Below, piece by piece: positions 16,296 through 25,461 of a stretch of 62,955 bases of DNA. Numbering within the stretch: the first letter of the stretch is position 1; the number at the start of each line of letters is the position of its first letter. The notes beneath the pieces were generated by a model that did no database searches, had not been told where the DNA came from, and saw nothing but the letters and a program-made list of their open reading frames with translations. This DNA is from Planctomycetota bacterium. GTDB taxonomy: Bacteria; Planctomycetota; Phycisphaerae; Phycisphaerales; UBA1924. The position numbers and the translations under genes were made by a program. The DNA lies in assembly GCA_022563015.1 (NCBI GenBank), contig JADFOF010000001.1, positions 1-62,955 of the forward strand, given 5' to 3'.

Positions 16296-17488
16296 TTGGG
16301 GCAGCTGTTCTTGCTGTTTCAGTCGCCGCAGCATCGCCCGTTGCCTTCGCTCAGTTCGGAGGCCATGGGGGTCTAAATGCTGGACTCAGCAGCCGCGATC
16401 TTCGCCAGCTCGAAGACATTCTGATGCTTGATGATGAGCAACGGGAGGTGGTGCACCTGCTGTTTGAGGACTTCATGCAAAGAACGCAAGAGATCTCCCG
16501 CAAGCAGCGCGCCGAGCGCGAAGCGCACATAAAGGCGATGTCAGCTGGAGTCTTCGACCGCGACGGTCGTCAAGGCCAAATGATAGAGAAGGCCAACAAG
16601 ATGCGTTTGGACTTGGAAGGGCAGTTTCTCGGTGATGTTCGCGTTATTCTGAGCGAGGAACAGGCACAGCAGTGGCCGATTCTGGAACGAGCCATTCGCA
16701 GGAATCAGTCGGTTCCGCTAGGGGGTTTTAGCGGCGAACGCGTGGATCTCACCAAGCTCGTCCCGCAGGTTGAATTGGAAGAGGCGTCGCTGGCATCGGT
16801 AAGTCCTTTGCTCGGGCAGTACGAGGTGGACTTTGATCGCGTGCTCGCCGCTCGCTACGAGGGTCAGACCCGAGTTGGGGCTCAGATACAAAAGGTCTGG
16901 GGTTCAGGTGATGACGACGCGATTAACGAACTGTTCATTAGAATGCGCAGATTCAGCGTTCGAGTGAGAGATGTCAATCGTCGTTATGCCCGAGAGATTG
17001 GGGGAATGCTGGCGGGTGAGGAACAAGCCCGTTTCAATGACGCATTCAAGCGAGCCAGCTTCCCCCAGGTGTTCAGGCCCGGACGTGCGCAGCGCGTGCT
17101 TGACCTTGTGCTTGCGTACGAAGATCTGAGTGGCGAGCAAAGATCGATGGTTGAAGAGATTGGCGAGGGATTCAGCCGCGACACGTTCATCCTGAACGAA
17201 CGGCACATCGCTGTGACTGAAGAGTTAGAAATGTCGATGAACTGGCGCGAGTGGGGTCGCTATCTTGGGGCCGGAGACCGTGGTAATCGGGGCGGAGACC
17301 GCGATCAAACGCCTCTGGAAAAGGTCGTGCAGAAGAAGCGCGACTTGGACTCTCACACCGTCGAGAACATCCAGAGGCTTCTCACTGAGAGTCAGGCTGA
17401 GAGGCTCGAGAACCAACTGAACGAAATTCGCCAGCGCGAGCGCGAGCAGCGCGGGGACCGTGGGCGGCAGTTCCGCCGCGACCGCTAG
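16262..17488 (+). CDS. secreted L(T/S)xxQ-repeat protein, paralogue 2 of 3 (low-GC copy)
   Basis: Signal peptide MEATRIGLGHVVGAAVLAVSVAAASPVAFAQ, AGGAG 9 nt upstream. The last 23 aa are identical to paralogue 1. Confidence 0.75.
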   Translation: MEATRIGLGHVVGAAVLAVSVAAASPVAFAQFGGHGGLNAGLSSRDLRQLEDILMLDDEQREVVHLLFEDFMQRTQEISRKQRAEREAHIKAMSAGVFDRDGRQGQMIEKANKMRLDLEGQFLGDVRVILSEEQAQQWPILERAIRRNQSVPLGGFSGERVDLTKLVPQVELEEASLASVSPLLGQYEVDFDRVLAARYEGQTRVGAQIQKVWGSGDDDAINELFIRMRRFSVRVRDVNRRYAREIGGMLAGEEQARFNDAFKRASFPQVFRPGRAQRVLDLVLAYEDLSGEQRSMVEEIGEGFSRDTFILNERHIAVTEELEMSMNWREWGRYLGAGDRGNRGGDRDQTPLEKVVQKKRDLDSHTVENIQRLLTESQAERLENQLNEIRQREREQRGDRGRQFRRDR

Positions 17489-17500
17489 AATCGCGGTTCG

Positions 17501-17514
17501 TTGTTCGGTAACAA
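17501..17514 (+). promoter_or_regulatory. AT-rich inverted repeat TTGTT-CGGT-AACAA upstream of paralogue 3
   Basis: Second copy of the element at 16069..16082. Confidence 0.4.
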
Positions 17515-17608
17515 TTCGGGATAGGCTGACCGGCGTACCCGAGTTCGTGTAGGATGGACCTCCGACCGAGTGCCGGATTATGGGATCTGGCGCATCCAGA
17601 GGACTGAC

Positions 17609-17642
17609 CCACACCGCGCGGGCTGGAGCCCGCGCGGTGTGG
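17609..17642 (+). promoter_or_regulatory. perfect 15-bp-stem hairpin in the leader of paralogue 3
   Basis: CCACACCGCGCGGGC-TGGA-GCCCGCGCGGTGTGG. No U-tract follows. Lies about 50 nt upstream of ATG 17694. Confidence 0.5.
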
Positions 17643-17693
17643 CCTCATTCCACTCGCCCGGTCCGCACCGACCGGGCAACGAGGAGCGCAGCA

Positions 17694-18959
17694 ATGGACA
17701 TGGCACGGATCGGGCTCGGACGTGTTGTCACTGCGGTGGTGCTCGCGACCGCTGCTCTGGGCGGCACAGCCTCGACGGCGTGGTCGCAGCAGGTCATGGT
17801 CTTCGAGAGCGTCGGCGGGTTTCGAGGGGCGCGTACAGCGAGCCGAGTGACGAGTCGAAGCGTCGCCGCGTACAGCCGACTGCTCGGCCTCGAAGAAACC
17901 CAGGTCGAGATCGCCCAGGGACTGCTCGAGCAGTACACAGCCAACATCGAGGACGCCTCGCGAGAGCGTCGAAACCGACTGCGGGCCTTGATGGAGGAGT
18001 TCCGCGAGACGCAAGACCACACGATCATGATGGAGCGCATGCCAGCGATCTCGGAGGACTTCGCCGAGCGTTCCAGGGCGATCGAGGCGTCGTTCTTCAG
18101 CGATCTGAGGCTCTTGCTCGACGATCAGCAGGCGTCGAAGTGGGAGCGCGTGCAACGCCTCCGCCGGCGGGAAACGGTGCTCCGGCAGGGCTCGTTGAGC
18201 GGCGAGACGGTTGACCTGATCGCGATCGCGGACTCGGTGGGCGACGGGCTGGATCTCGGCGACGAAGTCAGGGCGGCGCTCGAGCAATATGAGCTTGAGC
18301 TGGACCGCGCATTGATCGCCAAGGCCGCGACGCTCGAGAAGATGCGAGAATCCTCTTCCGGCACGTTCATGGGGTTTGACCTGTCGGAGATAGAGGAGAT
18401 GTCCGCCAAGACGCGCGAGGTGGGTCTGCGGGTGCGAGACCTGAACCGTCGCCACGCACGACTGATCGAGTCGATGCTCCCCGAGGAGCTCGCGGCACAG
18501 TTTCGAGGTGAGACCAGACGGCGGAGCTTCCCGCGCGTCTACAAGGAATCCAGTGTGGACCGCGTGCTCCTCGCCGCCGAGTCGCTCGATGATCTCGCCC
18601 CCGACCAGCGCCAGTCGCTCGGCGAGATCCACACCTCCTACACGCGGGACAGAGCGTCGGCGGATGAGAAGTGGGTCGCCGCCATACGCGATCAGGAGGA
18701 AGAGGGCGGCACGGGCTGGGCGGTCGGCCAGCTGATGATCCGGTATTCGATGGGAGAGGATTCCGACGACCCGGTCTCGAAGGCCCGGGCGGCACGCCAC
18801 AAGGTCGATGAGCGGTACGGGGACAAGATTCACGCCGTTCTCACCCCGGACCAGCGCGAGCAGATGCCCACGCCGGATGACCCCCAATCAGGGGCAGGCC
18901 GGCGGTTTCAGACCGATAGCGGGATGATGATCCACCTTTCCCCGGGCGGGGGCGGCTAG
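17694..18959 (+). CDS. secreted L(T/S)xxQ-repeat protein, paralogue 3 of 3 (divergent C-terminus)
   Basis: Signal peptide MDMARIGLGRVVTAVVLATAALGG. Same repeat architecture as the other two. Lacks the shared RQREREQRGDRGRQFRRDR tail. Confidence 0.72.
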   Translation: MDMARIGLGRVVTAVVLATAALGGTASTAWSQQVMVFESVGGFRGARTASRVTSRSVAAYSRLLGLEETQVEIAQGLLEQYTANIEDASRERRNRLRALMEEFRETQDHTIMMERMPAISEDFAERSRAIEASFFSDLRLLLDDQQASKWERVQRLRRRETVLRQGSLSGETVDLIAIADSVGDGLDLGDEVRAALEQYELELDRALIAKAATLEKMRESSSGTFMGFDLSEIEEMSAKTREVGLRVRDLNRRHARLIESMLPEELAAQFRGETRRRSFPRVYKESSVDRVLLAAESLDDLAPDQRQSLGEIHTSYTRDRASADEKWVAAIRDQEEEGGTGWAVGQLMIRYSMGEDSDDPVSKARAARHKVDERYGDKIHAVLTPDQREQMPTPDDPQSGAGRRFQTDSGMMIHLSPGGGG

Positions 18960-19130
18960 ACCTCCCAATCGTGCAAGATCGGCGGGAGTGATTCGTTGAA
19001 CGTGTGAACTCGTGTCGGCGCTTATGGTGCGCTCGAACACGACCCCGGAGCCGGGATCGGCGCGTCCGTGGATTCAGACTCGCCGGGTGTACGATGGATT
19101 CCTGATTCAAGACGGACACCGCAACTTCGT

Positions 19131-20756
19131 ATGGCGAGAATCGATTCAAATCAGGCGGATCATAAGGCGGCTCAACGGGCTCACGCGGTCGAAGCCAAGC
19201 CCACCGAGCTCGCCGCGGGTCGCAATGGTTCGGTGGGCGCCAAGCTCGAAGCCGACCCGGCTGCGGCGTCGCTGATCACCGCCGAGCAGGCCGTCCGATT
19301 GCAGGCCGTGCCCGTTCGGATCGACGACGCGAGGCTGCAGGTGGCGATGTCCGATGTCACCGACTTCGCGGCGGCGGACGAGATCTCGGTCTCCGCAGGC
19401 CGACCCGTCACGCGCATCGAGGTCACCAAGGACGTGCTGACCGAGCTGATCCGGGCGGTGTATGGCACGACCGCGTCGCAGATGGCGGCGAGGCTTGGCG
19501 CCGAGGGAGACGACGCGGACCACCTCATCGCCAATCTGGAAGCGATCGAGGCGGACGACCTGCACCGCATGGCCGAGCAGCCGTCGCTGATCAATCTCGT
19601 CAACCTGATCATCCTCGAAGCGATCCGCGCCCGCGCTTCGGACGTGCACATCGAGCCGTTCGAGAGGACGCTCACCGTGAAATACCGGGTGGACGGCCTG
19701 CTGTATGAGCAGGACTCGCCGCCCAAGCGGCTTCAGCCCGCGATCACCAGCCGCGTCAAGATCATGGCGTCAATGAACATCGCCGAGCGGTACACGCCGC
19801 AGGACGGGCACATCTCGCTGCGGTTCGAGGATCGGAAGATCGATATCCGCGTGTCGACGGTGCCGACGCTGTACGGCGAGTCGGTCGTGATGCGCATCCT
19901 GGACAAGCAGGCGATCCGGCTGGACCTCGAGGCGCTCGGCATGCGCGGGCCGGACCGCGCCGCCATGGATCGGCTCATCGCCCTGCCGCACGGCATGGTG
20001 CTCGTGACCGGGCCGACCGGCTCGGGAAAGACGACCACGCTCTACGCGGCGCTCACCAAGCTCTACGACCCGTCCAAGAAGATCATCACGATCGAGGATC
20101 CGGTCGAGTACGAGCTGACCGGCGTGAACCAGATCCCCGTGAACCCAAAGCGGGGCCTGTCCTTCGCGTCGGGGCTGCGGCACATTCTTCGCCAGGATCC
20201 CGACGTGATCATGGTGGGGGAGATCCGCGACTCGGAAACCGCGGACATCGCGGTGCGAGCGGCGCTCACCGGGCACCTGCTCTTCTCCACTCTTCACACG
20301 AACGACGCGGTCAGCGCGATCGGTCGGCTGCTGGACATGGGCGTCGAGCCGTTCCTGCTCGCCAGCGTTCTTGAGGGCGTGCTGGCGCAACGACTCGGCC
20401 GACGGATCTGCGAGAACTGTCGCGCGGCCCGTCCGATCCCGGAAGAGTTGATGCATCGGCTGCTGCCCGCCGAACTGGAGTTGTTCGACGACGGACAGTG
20501 CTATCACGGAATGGGGTGCGACGAGTGCAACCAATCCGGCACGCGCGGCCGAATCGGGTTCTATGAGGTGCTCGAAGTGACGTCGGGGATTCGGCAGGCG
20601 ATCTCGCAGAAGCGCGCGGCGCAGGAACTCAGCGCGCTGGCGTCGTCGGCGCACGTGCCGATGCGGACCGACGGGCTGATGAAGGCGGCCCAGGGGCTCA
20701 CCACGCTGGACGAGGTGCTGCGCGCGACGCAGGACACGGAAGAGGCCGACATCTGA
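19131..20756 (+). CDS. gspE: type II secretion ATPase GspE
   Basis: T2SSE N-terminal domain, Walker A GPTGSGKTTT, tetracysteine CENC...CDEC. First gene of the gsp operon. Confidence 0.9.
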   Translation: MARIDSNQADHKAAQRAHAVEAKPTELAAGRNGSVGAKLEADPAAASLITAEQAVRLQAVPVRIDDARLQVAMSDVTDFAAADEISVSAGRPVTRIEVTKDVLTELIRAVYGTTASQMAARLGAEGDDADHLIANLEAIEADDLHRMAEQPSLINLVNLIILEAIRARASDVHIEPFERTLTVKYRVDGLLYEQDSPPKRLQPAITSRVKIMASMNIAERYTPQDGHISLRFEDRKIDIRVSTVPTLYGESVVMRILDKQAIRLDLEALGMRGPDRAAMDRLIALPHGMVLVTGPTGSGKTTTLYAALTKLYDPSKKIITIEDPVEYELTGVNQIPVNPKRGLSFASGLRHILRQDPDVIMVGEIRDSETADIAVRAALTGHLLFSTLHTNDAVSAIGRLLDMGVEPFLLASVLEGVLAQRLGRRICENCRAARPIPEELMHRLLPAELELFDDGQCYHGMGCDECNQSGTRGRIGFYEVLEVTSGIRQAISQKRAAQELSALASSAHVPMRTDGLMKAAQGLTTLDEVLRATQDTEEADI

Positions 20757-21985
20757 TGGCCACGTTCCAGTATCACGCTGTCTTCCCTCATGGCGCGAGC
20801 GGATCTATTGACGCGACCGATCGGGCCGCGGCGGTTCGTGCGCTCCTCCAGCGGGGGGTCACGCCCGAGCGCGTCGAACCGATCAGCAACAAGAGCGATC
20901 ATGCGCCCGCCGCCCTCTTCTCCGCGCCGACCATGAGAATCCGACGCAAGGCCATGTCTCGGAGCGAGACAGCCACGTTTGTGCGCGAGCTTGCGACGGC
21001 GATCCAGGCGGGGCTGCCCATCGTGCAGGCGATCCGCACCATTGCCAGGCAGGTCCGCAAACGGGCGCAGCAGGACTTGCTCGGTGCGATCCTGCACGAC
21101 GTGGAGCACGGCCACTCGCTGGCCGAGGCGTTCGCGGCACGGGACGGGCAGTTCGGCGAATTGATCGTCAATATGACCCGCGCCGGCGAGGCGTCGGGTC
21201 GGCTGGGAGAAGTTCTGACGCAGGCGGCAAACCTGCTCGACCGGGACTTGAAGCTCCGTCGCGCCGTGCTCAGTGCCACGCTCTATCCCATGATCCTGGG
21301 CGTGCTGATATTCGCGGCGATCGTGATCCTGGTGACGGTGATCGTGCCGGGCATTATTGCGAGCGTCGGGCCGAACATCGTGCTCCCGCTCCCGACCCGG
21401 ATCGTGGTCGGAACAGCGGATATTTTCAGCGGGTACTGGTGGCTCATCGTGGCGGGTGTCGCGCTCGTGTATTACGGCGCCCGGCGGTGGTACGCACAGC
21501 CGCAGACGCGGATCCGCGTGGACGCGGCGCTGCTGGGGACGCCGGTGCTCGGGCGGCTGCTGCGGGACGTGGCCGTCGCGCGGTTCACACGAACCCTGGG
21601 CACGCTGACGTCCGCGGGCGTGCCCGTGCTGTCCGCGTTGCAGGTGACCAAGGGGACGCTTGGCAACAAGGCGATGGAGGCGGTCGTGGACGACGTGTGC
21701 GTGCAGGTCGCCGCCGGTCGCACCATCGCCGACCCGATGGAGCAGAGCGGCTACTTCCCGCCCATGCTCGTGCAGATCGTGAATCTGGGCGAGCGAACGG
21801 GACGCCTGGACGAGATGCTCGATCAGGCGGCCGGTGCGTTCGAGGATCGAACGGAGATGAGTCTCAAGCTGTTCACGACCGCGCTGCCGCCGATCCTGGT
21901 GGTGATGATGGCGTGCGTGGTCGGGTTCATCGTGCTGTCGGTGCTGCTGCCGTTGATGGAGATGCAGGATCAGATCGGGGGATAG
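20756..21985 (+). CDS. gspF: type II secretion platform protein GspF
   Basis: 409 aa with duplicated T2SSF domains. The start codon shares 1 nt with the gspE stop. Confidence 0.9.
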   Translation: MATFQYHAVFPHGASGSIDATDRAAAVRALLQRGVTPERVEPISNKSDHAPAALFSAPTMRIRRKAMSRSETATFVRELATAIQAGLPIVQAIRTIARQVRKRAQQDLLGAILHDVEHGHSLAEAFAARDGQFGELIVNMTRAGEASGRLGEVLTQAANLLDRDLKLRRAVLSATLYPMILGVLIFAAIVILVTVIVPGIIASVGPNIVLPLPTRIVVGTADIFSGYWWLIVAGVALVYYGARRWYAQPQTRIRVDAALLGTPVLGRLLRDVAVARFTRTLGTLTSAGVPVLSALQVTKGTLGNKAMEAVVDDVCVQVAAGRTIADPMEQSGYFPPMLVQIVNLGERTGRLDEMLDQAAGAFEDRTEMSLKLFTTALPPILVVMMACVVGFIVLSVLLPLMEMQDQIGG

Positions 21986-21996
21986 GAGTCGAAGCG

Positions 21997-22422
21997 ATGA
22001 AACAGCGACAAAGACAAAACAAAGGGTTCACTATCATCGAGGTGCTCGTGATCGTTGTGATCCTTGGTGTGATCGCCATGATCATCACGCCGAGGATCCT
22101 GGGTCGCATCGGGCAGGCGAAGACGAGCGCGGCGGCGAGCACCGCGGCCAGCCTGGCCAACGCGGTGCGGATGTTCAGCATCGACCACGGCATGCCGGAG
22201 CGCGGCTCCACGATCGACATACTCTGGGAGAAGCCGGGCAGTGTCGCCGACGAGGGATGGGAGCCTTACGTGGACAAGCCCGACGATTTGCTCGACCCGT
22301 GGGGCCGCCCGTTCGTGCTCAAGGTTCCAGGAGAACGCAACATCGACTTTGACATCGTGAGCTATGGGTCGGACGGTCAGCCGGGCGGGGAGGGCGACGC
22401 CGCGGACATCATCAAGCCGTGA
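21997..22422 (+). CDS. gspG: major pseudopilin GspG
   Basis: MKQRQRQNKGFTIIEVLVIVVILGVIAMIITPR and C-terminal DPWGRPF...SYGSDGQPGGEGDAADI, diagnostic of GspG. ATG at 21997 inside a longer spurious ORF. Confidence 0.92.
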   Translation: MKQRQRQNKGFTIIEVLVIVVILGVIAMIITPRILGRIGQAKTSAAASTAASLANAVRMFSIDHGMPERGSTIDILWEKPGSVADEGWEPYVDKPDDLLDPWGRPFVLKVPGERNIDFDIVSYGSDGQPGGEGDAADIIKP

Positions 22423-23006
22423 GCACGCGCACGCGACACCACGATCGGGCACATGCGTTCACGCTCCTGGAGGTGGTGGTGGTGGTCGTCGTGCTTTCAG
22501 TGCTCGCGGGTGTGATCGTGCCGCGGCTCGTCTCGAAGAATCGCTCGCAGACGAAGATGACGCTGAACGCGGTCCGCACACTGCTCTCCGCCGCAGCCCA
22601 GCGCGACGCCCTGACAAGCCAGGCGGTGGCGATCCGATTCGACGCCGAGTCGGCCACGCTCAGCGTGCTCACACCCTCGGAGGACGACGAGCGGCGACGC
22701 GGGGACGATCTCTGGCCCTGGCGCGTCGATCCACTGATTCTCCCTGTGCGTCTCGATGGTCTCACGCTGCAACGAGCCGCTGCGGACTCTCTCGAACTGG
22801 ACGACGATCAGTGGATTCTCGAACTGGCTCGCGGCGAGCGCAGGCCTGATCTCACGCTCGAGTGTCTCGACGATCGGGGTAGGTCATGGGTCGTGTTCCT
22901 GCCGAGCGGGTCGGGCGTGGCGAAGGTGTGGTCGGGCGAGTCGGCCGAGGCGGATCGCATGACCATAGATCTGGACGAAGAGGGAAGGGGGCGGCAGGAA
23001 TGGTGA
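22419..23006 (+). CDS. GspH-like minor pseudopilin
   Basis: GTG start in a GTGA overlap. RAHAFTLLEVVVVVVVLSVLAG prepilin-type N-terminus. Confidence 0.75.
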   Translation: MSTRTRHHDRAHAFTLLEVVVVVVVLSVLAGVIVPRLVSKNRSQTKMTLNAVRTLLSAAAQRDALTSQAVAIRFDAESATLSVLTPSEDDERRRGDDLWPWRVDPLILPVRLDGLTLQRAAADSLELDDDQWILELARGERRPDLTLECLDDRGRSWVVFLPSGSGVAKVWSGESAEADRMTIDLDEEGRGRQEW

Positions 23007-23443
23007 GCCGCAGGTCGTCCTCATCGCGGCGCGGCGTGATCCTCATCGACGCGATCGTGGGATCGGTCCTGCTGGCGATCGCGCTGTCGGTCGTGCTCGG
23101 GCTCGCGGCACGGGCGTTGCGGTCGCAGGCGCAGGGGGATCGGCTCACGGAAGTCGCCATGCTGCTCGATGAGCAGCTGAATCTCATCCTCATGCGAGGC
23201 CCGGACAACTACCGCAGGCGATTCGAGACGCGCGGCACGTGCGAGGAACCCTTCGAGGCGTACCGGTTCGAGCTTGAGTTCTCAGGGGGCACGGGCGGCG
23301 ATCCGTACGAGGTCACGGCTACGGTTCTCTGGGATACGCCCACTGGCGAGCGGTCCGCGTCCATCCAGACCAGCATGGCGCCCCGGCTGGGCGATGAGCC
23401 CGACCCCATCCGCACACCCATCGAACCCGTGAGCAGGTACTGA
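23000..23443 (+). CDS. GspI-like minor pseudopilin
   Basis: ATG at 23000. RRGVILIDAIVGSVLLAIALSVV (Asp replaces Glu at +5). Size and position match GspI. Confidence 0.65.
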   Translation: MVSRRSSSSRRGVILIDAIVGSVLLAIALSVVLGLAARALRSQAQGDRLTEVAMLLDEQLNLILMRGPDNYRRRFETRGTCEEPFEAYRFELEFSGGTGGDPYEVTATVLWDTPTGERSASIQTSMAPRLGDEPDPIRTPIEPVSRY

Positions 23444-24145
23444 ATGATGGACGATTCAGCACAACGCAGCCGCGGATTCACGCTCGTCGAAGTGATCGTC
23501 GGGTCGATCGTGCTGGCGATCGTGACCGGAGCGACGACGACGGCGGTTTCCAATCTGGCGCGGGCGAAATCGGTGTCGGCGGCCCGGCAGCAGGCCGTGG
23601 AGCGCGCCCACACCGCCGCGGCGATGATCGCGACCGACGCACTGCGGCTGGTGCGCGACCACGACCTGTACTTCACCCGCGTGGTCATCCAGAGCGACAC
23701 CCGTAAGGGCAAGCCGGCCGATGATCTGCTGCTCATCGTGCGGACCATCGAACCCGTGCGCGGGCTGTTCGGGACGCCCGAGGGCGCGGACTTTGAGGTG
23801 CAGTACCGACTCGAAGCGATCGAAGCGGGCGAATCGGACGACCGAGATGGATTCGCGATGTGGCGGCGGATGGACCCGGCGCTGGACGAATACCCGACGG
23901 CCGGAGGTGTCGCGAGCGTCATCGCGGAAGGAATGGTCTCGTTCTCGGTCGAGGCGTACGACGGCCAGGAATGGCTCGAAACCTGGGATTCGGATCTGGA
24001 CGGGCTTCCGCACGGGCTGCGCATCGAGGTCACAGCGACGGATGATCGCGGGAACCGCACGGTGGTGGCGCGGCGCGTGGTCGCGATCGATCGCACGCCG
24101 TTGCCGATCGACACAAGCGATGGCGATGAGGGAGACGACCGATGA
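23444..24145 (+). CDS. GspJ-like minor pseudopilin
   Basis: QRSRGFTLVEVIVGSIVLAIV N-terminus. 233 aa. Sits between the I-like and K-like genes. Confidence 0.75.
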   Translation: MMDDSAQRSRGFTLVEVIVGSIVLAIVTGATTTAVSNLARAKSVSAARQQAVERAHTAAAMIATDALRLVRDHDLYFTRVVIQSDTRKGKPADDLLLIVRTIEPVRGLFGTPEGADFEVQYRLEAIEAGESDDRDGFAMWRRMDPALDEYPTAGGVASVIAEGMVSFSVEAYDGQEWLETWDSDLDGLPHGLRIEVTATDDRGNRTVVARRVVAIDRTPLPIDTSDGDEGDDR

Positions 24146-25461
24146 GCGCGCGAGCGAGTGGTTTCGCCACCATCATCGTCCTGTGGGTCGTCGCGGTGAC
24201 GACGGCGCTGCTGATGGGGCTGCAATCGACGACCTTTCGCCAGGCGGCAGCAGGGCGGGAAGTGATGGCACGCACCCGCGCCTATTGGGCGGCCCGGGGC
24301 GGGATCGAGGCGACCATCGCGCGGCTGGCTCACGACACGCTGAACCCGGACCCGAGCGATCCGCTCCGCGTCGTGTTTGACATGGAGGACGTCGCGGAGG
24401 GTACGTATCCGGGAGCGAGCTACGCGATATCGCACACCGAACGCGACGTGGAGCTGCTCGGGCCCGAGGACGCGCACGCGAAAATCCACATCGCGACGAT
24501 GACCGCCGACGCGCTGCTGCTCCTGCCCTACATGACCGAGGACACGGCCGACGCGATCGTCGACTGGATGGACGGCGACGACGAGGTGAGCAACTTCGGC
24601 GCCGAGTACAGCCAGTACCTCCAGCAGCCGTACCCGTACCTGCCGCGCAACGCTCCGATCCGATCGCTGCTCGAACTGGAGCTCGTGCTCGGGGTGGAGC
24701 CTCTATTCGTGCGCGGCGAAGACCTGAACCTCAACGGGCTAATGGACATCTGGGAGGACGACGGAAACGGACAGTTCGACCGTGAGTGGGGCGAGTTCGT
24801 GACGGCGTCGAGCGTGGGCGGCGGGTACGCGTCGTCCGGGCAACCCAGGCTCAACCTGGCCGAGGCTGACCCCGGTGAGGTCGCCCAGCGCACGGGTGTG
24901 TCCGCGCAGCAGGCGGACGTGATCGTCGGATGGGCGTCGGGAATCCTCGCGGGTCAGCCCCGGTCGATGACGGACTACATCTCCACCCCCCTGACTGCGA
25001 TGTTCAATCAGCTGAACCAGGGTGACGGCGGAAACCAGGGCGCGATCCGGCCGGAGAACCTGAATAGCGATCAGCTCGCGCTGCTGCTGGCCGAAGCGAC
25101 GATCGTGGACCTGCTCGATGACGGAACACCGTGGTTGGGCAAGGTCAACATCAACACCTGTTCTGACAAGGTGCTCGAGTATCTGCCGGGGATCGACATC
25201 GCGGTGATCGACGCGCTGATCGCGGCCCGGAACTCGCGGGGGAGCGCCGGATTTGCGTCATTGCCGGAGATCCTCGACGAGACCGTGCTGATCTCGCAGC
25301 AGCAGCTCGCGCAGCTGTACGAGGTGCTCGACGTTCGCTCCAACGTCTACATCTGCCGGTCCCGGGGCCGAGATACGGCCACGGGGATCGAGGTTGAAAT
25401 CATCGCGACACTCGATCGTTCCACTCTCCCGGTGACCATCAGGGAGGTTCGGATCCGATGA
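24142..25461 (+). CDS. gspK: GspK minor pseudopilin
   Basis: SGFATIIVLWVVAVTTALLMGL N-terminus and C-terminal VNINTCSDKVLEYLPGIDIAVIDALIAARN helix-hairpin-helix-like segment typical of GspK. Confidence 0.8.
   Translation: MSARASGFATIIVLWVVAVTTALLMGLQSTTFRQAAAGREVMARTRAYWAARGGIEATIARLAHDTLNPDPSDPLRVVFDMEDVAEGTYPGASYAISHTERDVELLGPEDAHAKIHIATMTADALLLLPYMTEDTADAIVDWMDGDDEVSNFGAEYSQYLQQPYPYLPRNAPIRSLLELELVLGVEPLFVRGEDLNLNGLMDIWEDDGNGQFDREWGEFVTASSVGGGYASSGQPRLNLAEADPGEVAQRTGVSAQQADVIVGWASGILAGQPRSMTDYISTPLTAMFNQLNQGDGGNQGAIRPENLNSDQLALLLAEATIVDLLDDGTPWLGKVNINTCSDKVLEYLPGIDIAVIDALIAARNSRGSAGFASLPEILDETVLISQQQLAQLYEVLDVRSNVYICRSRGRDTATGIEVEIIATLDRSTLPVTIREVRIR

Larger units (their letters stand above)
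17330..17727 (+). repeat. high-identity block B (3' end of paralogue 2, 205-nt spacer, 5' end of paralogue 3)
   Basis: Counterpart of 15898..16295 at +1432 bp. Confidence 0.85.

Noticed and set aside
14764-18887. Long minus-strand ORFs (14764..16167, 467 aa; 17382..18887, 501 aa) opposite the L(T/S)xxQ paralogues
   Set aside because: The plus-strand frames carry signal peptides, Shine-Dalgarno sites and repeated motifs conserved among three paralogues. The antisense frames show none of these.
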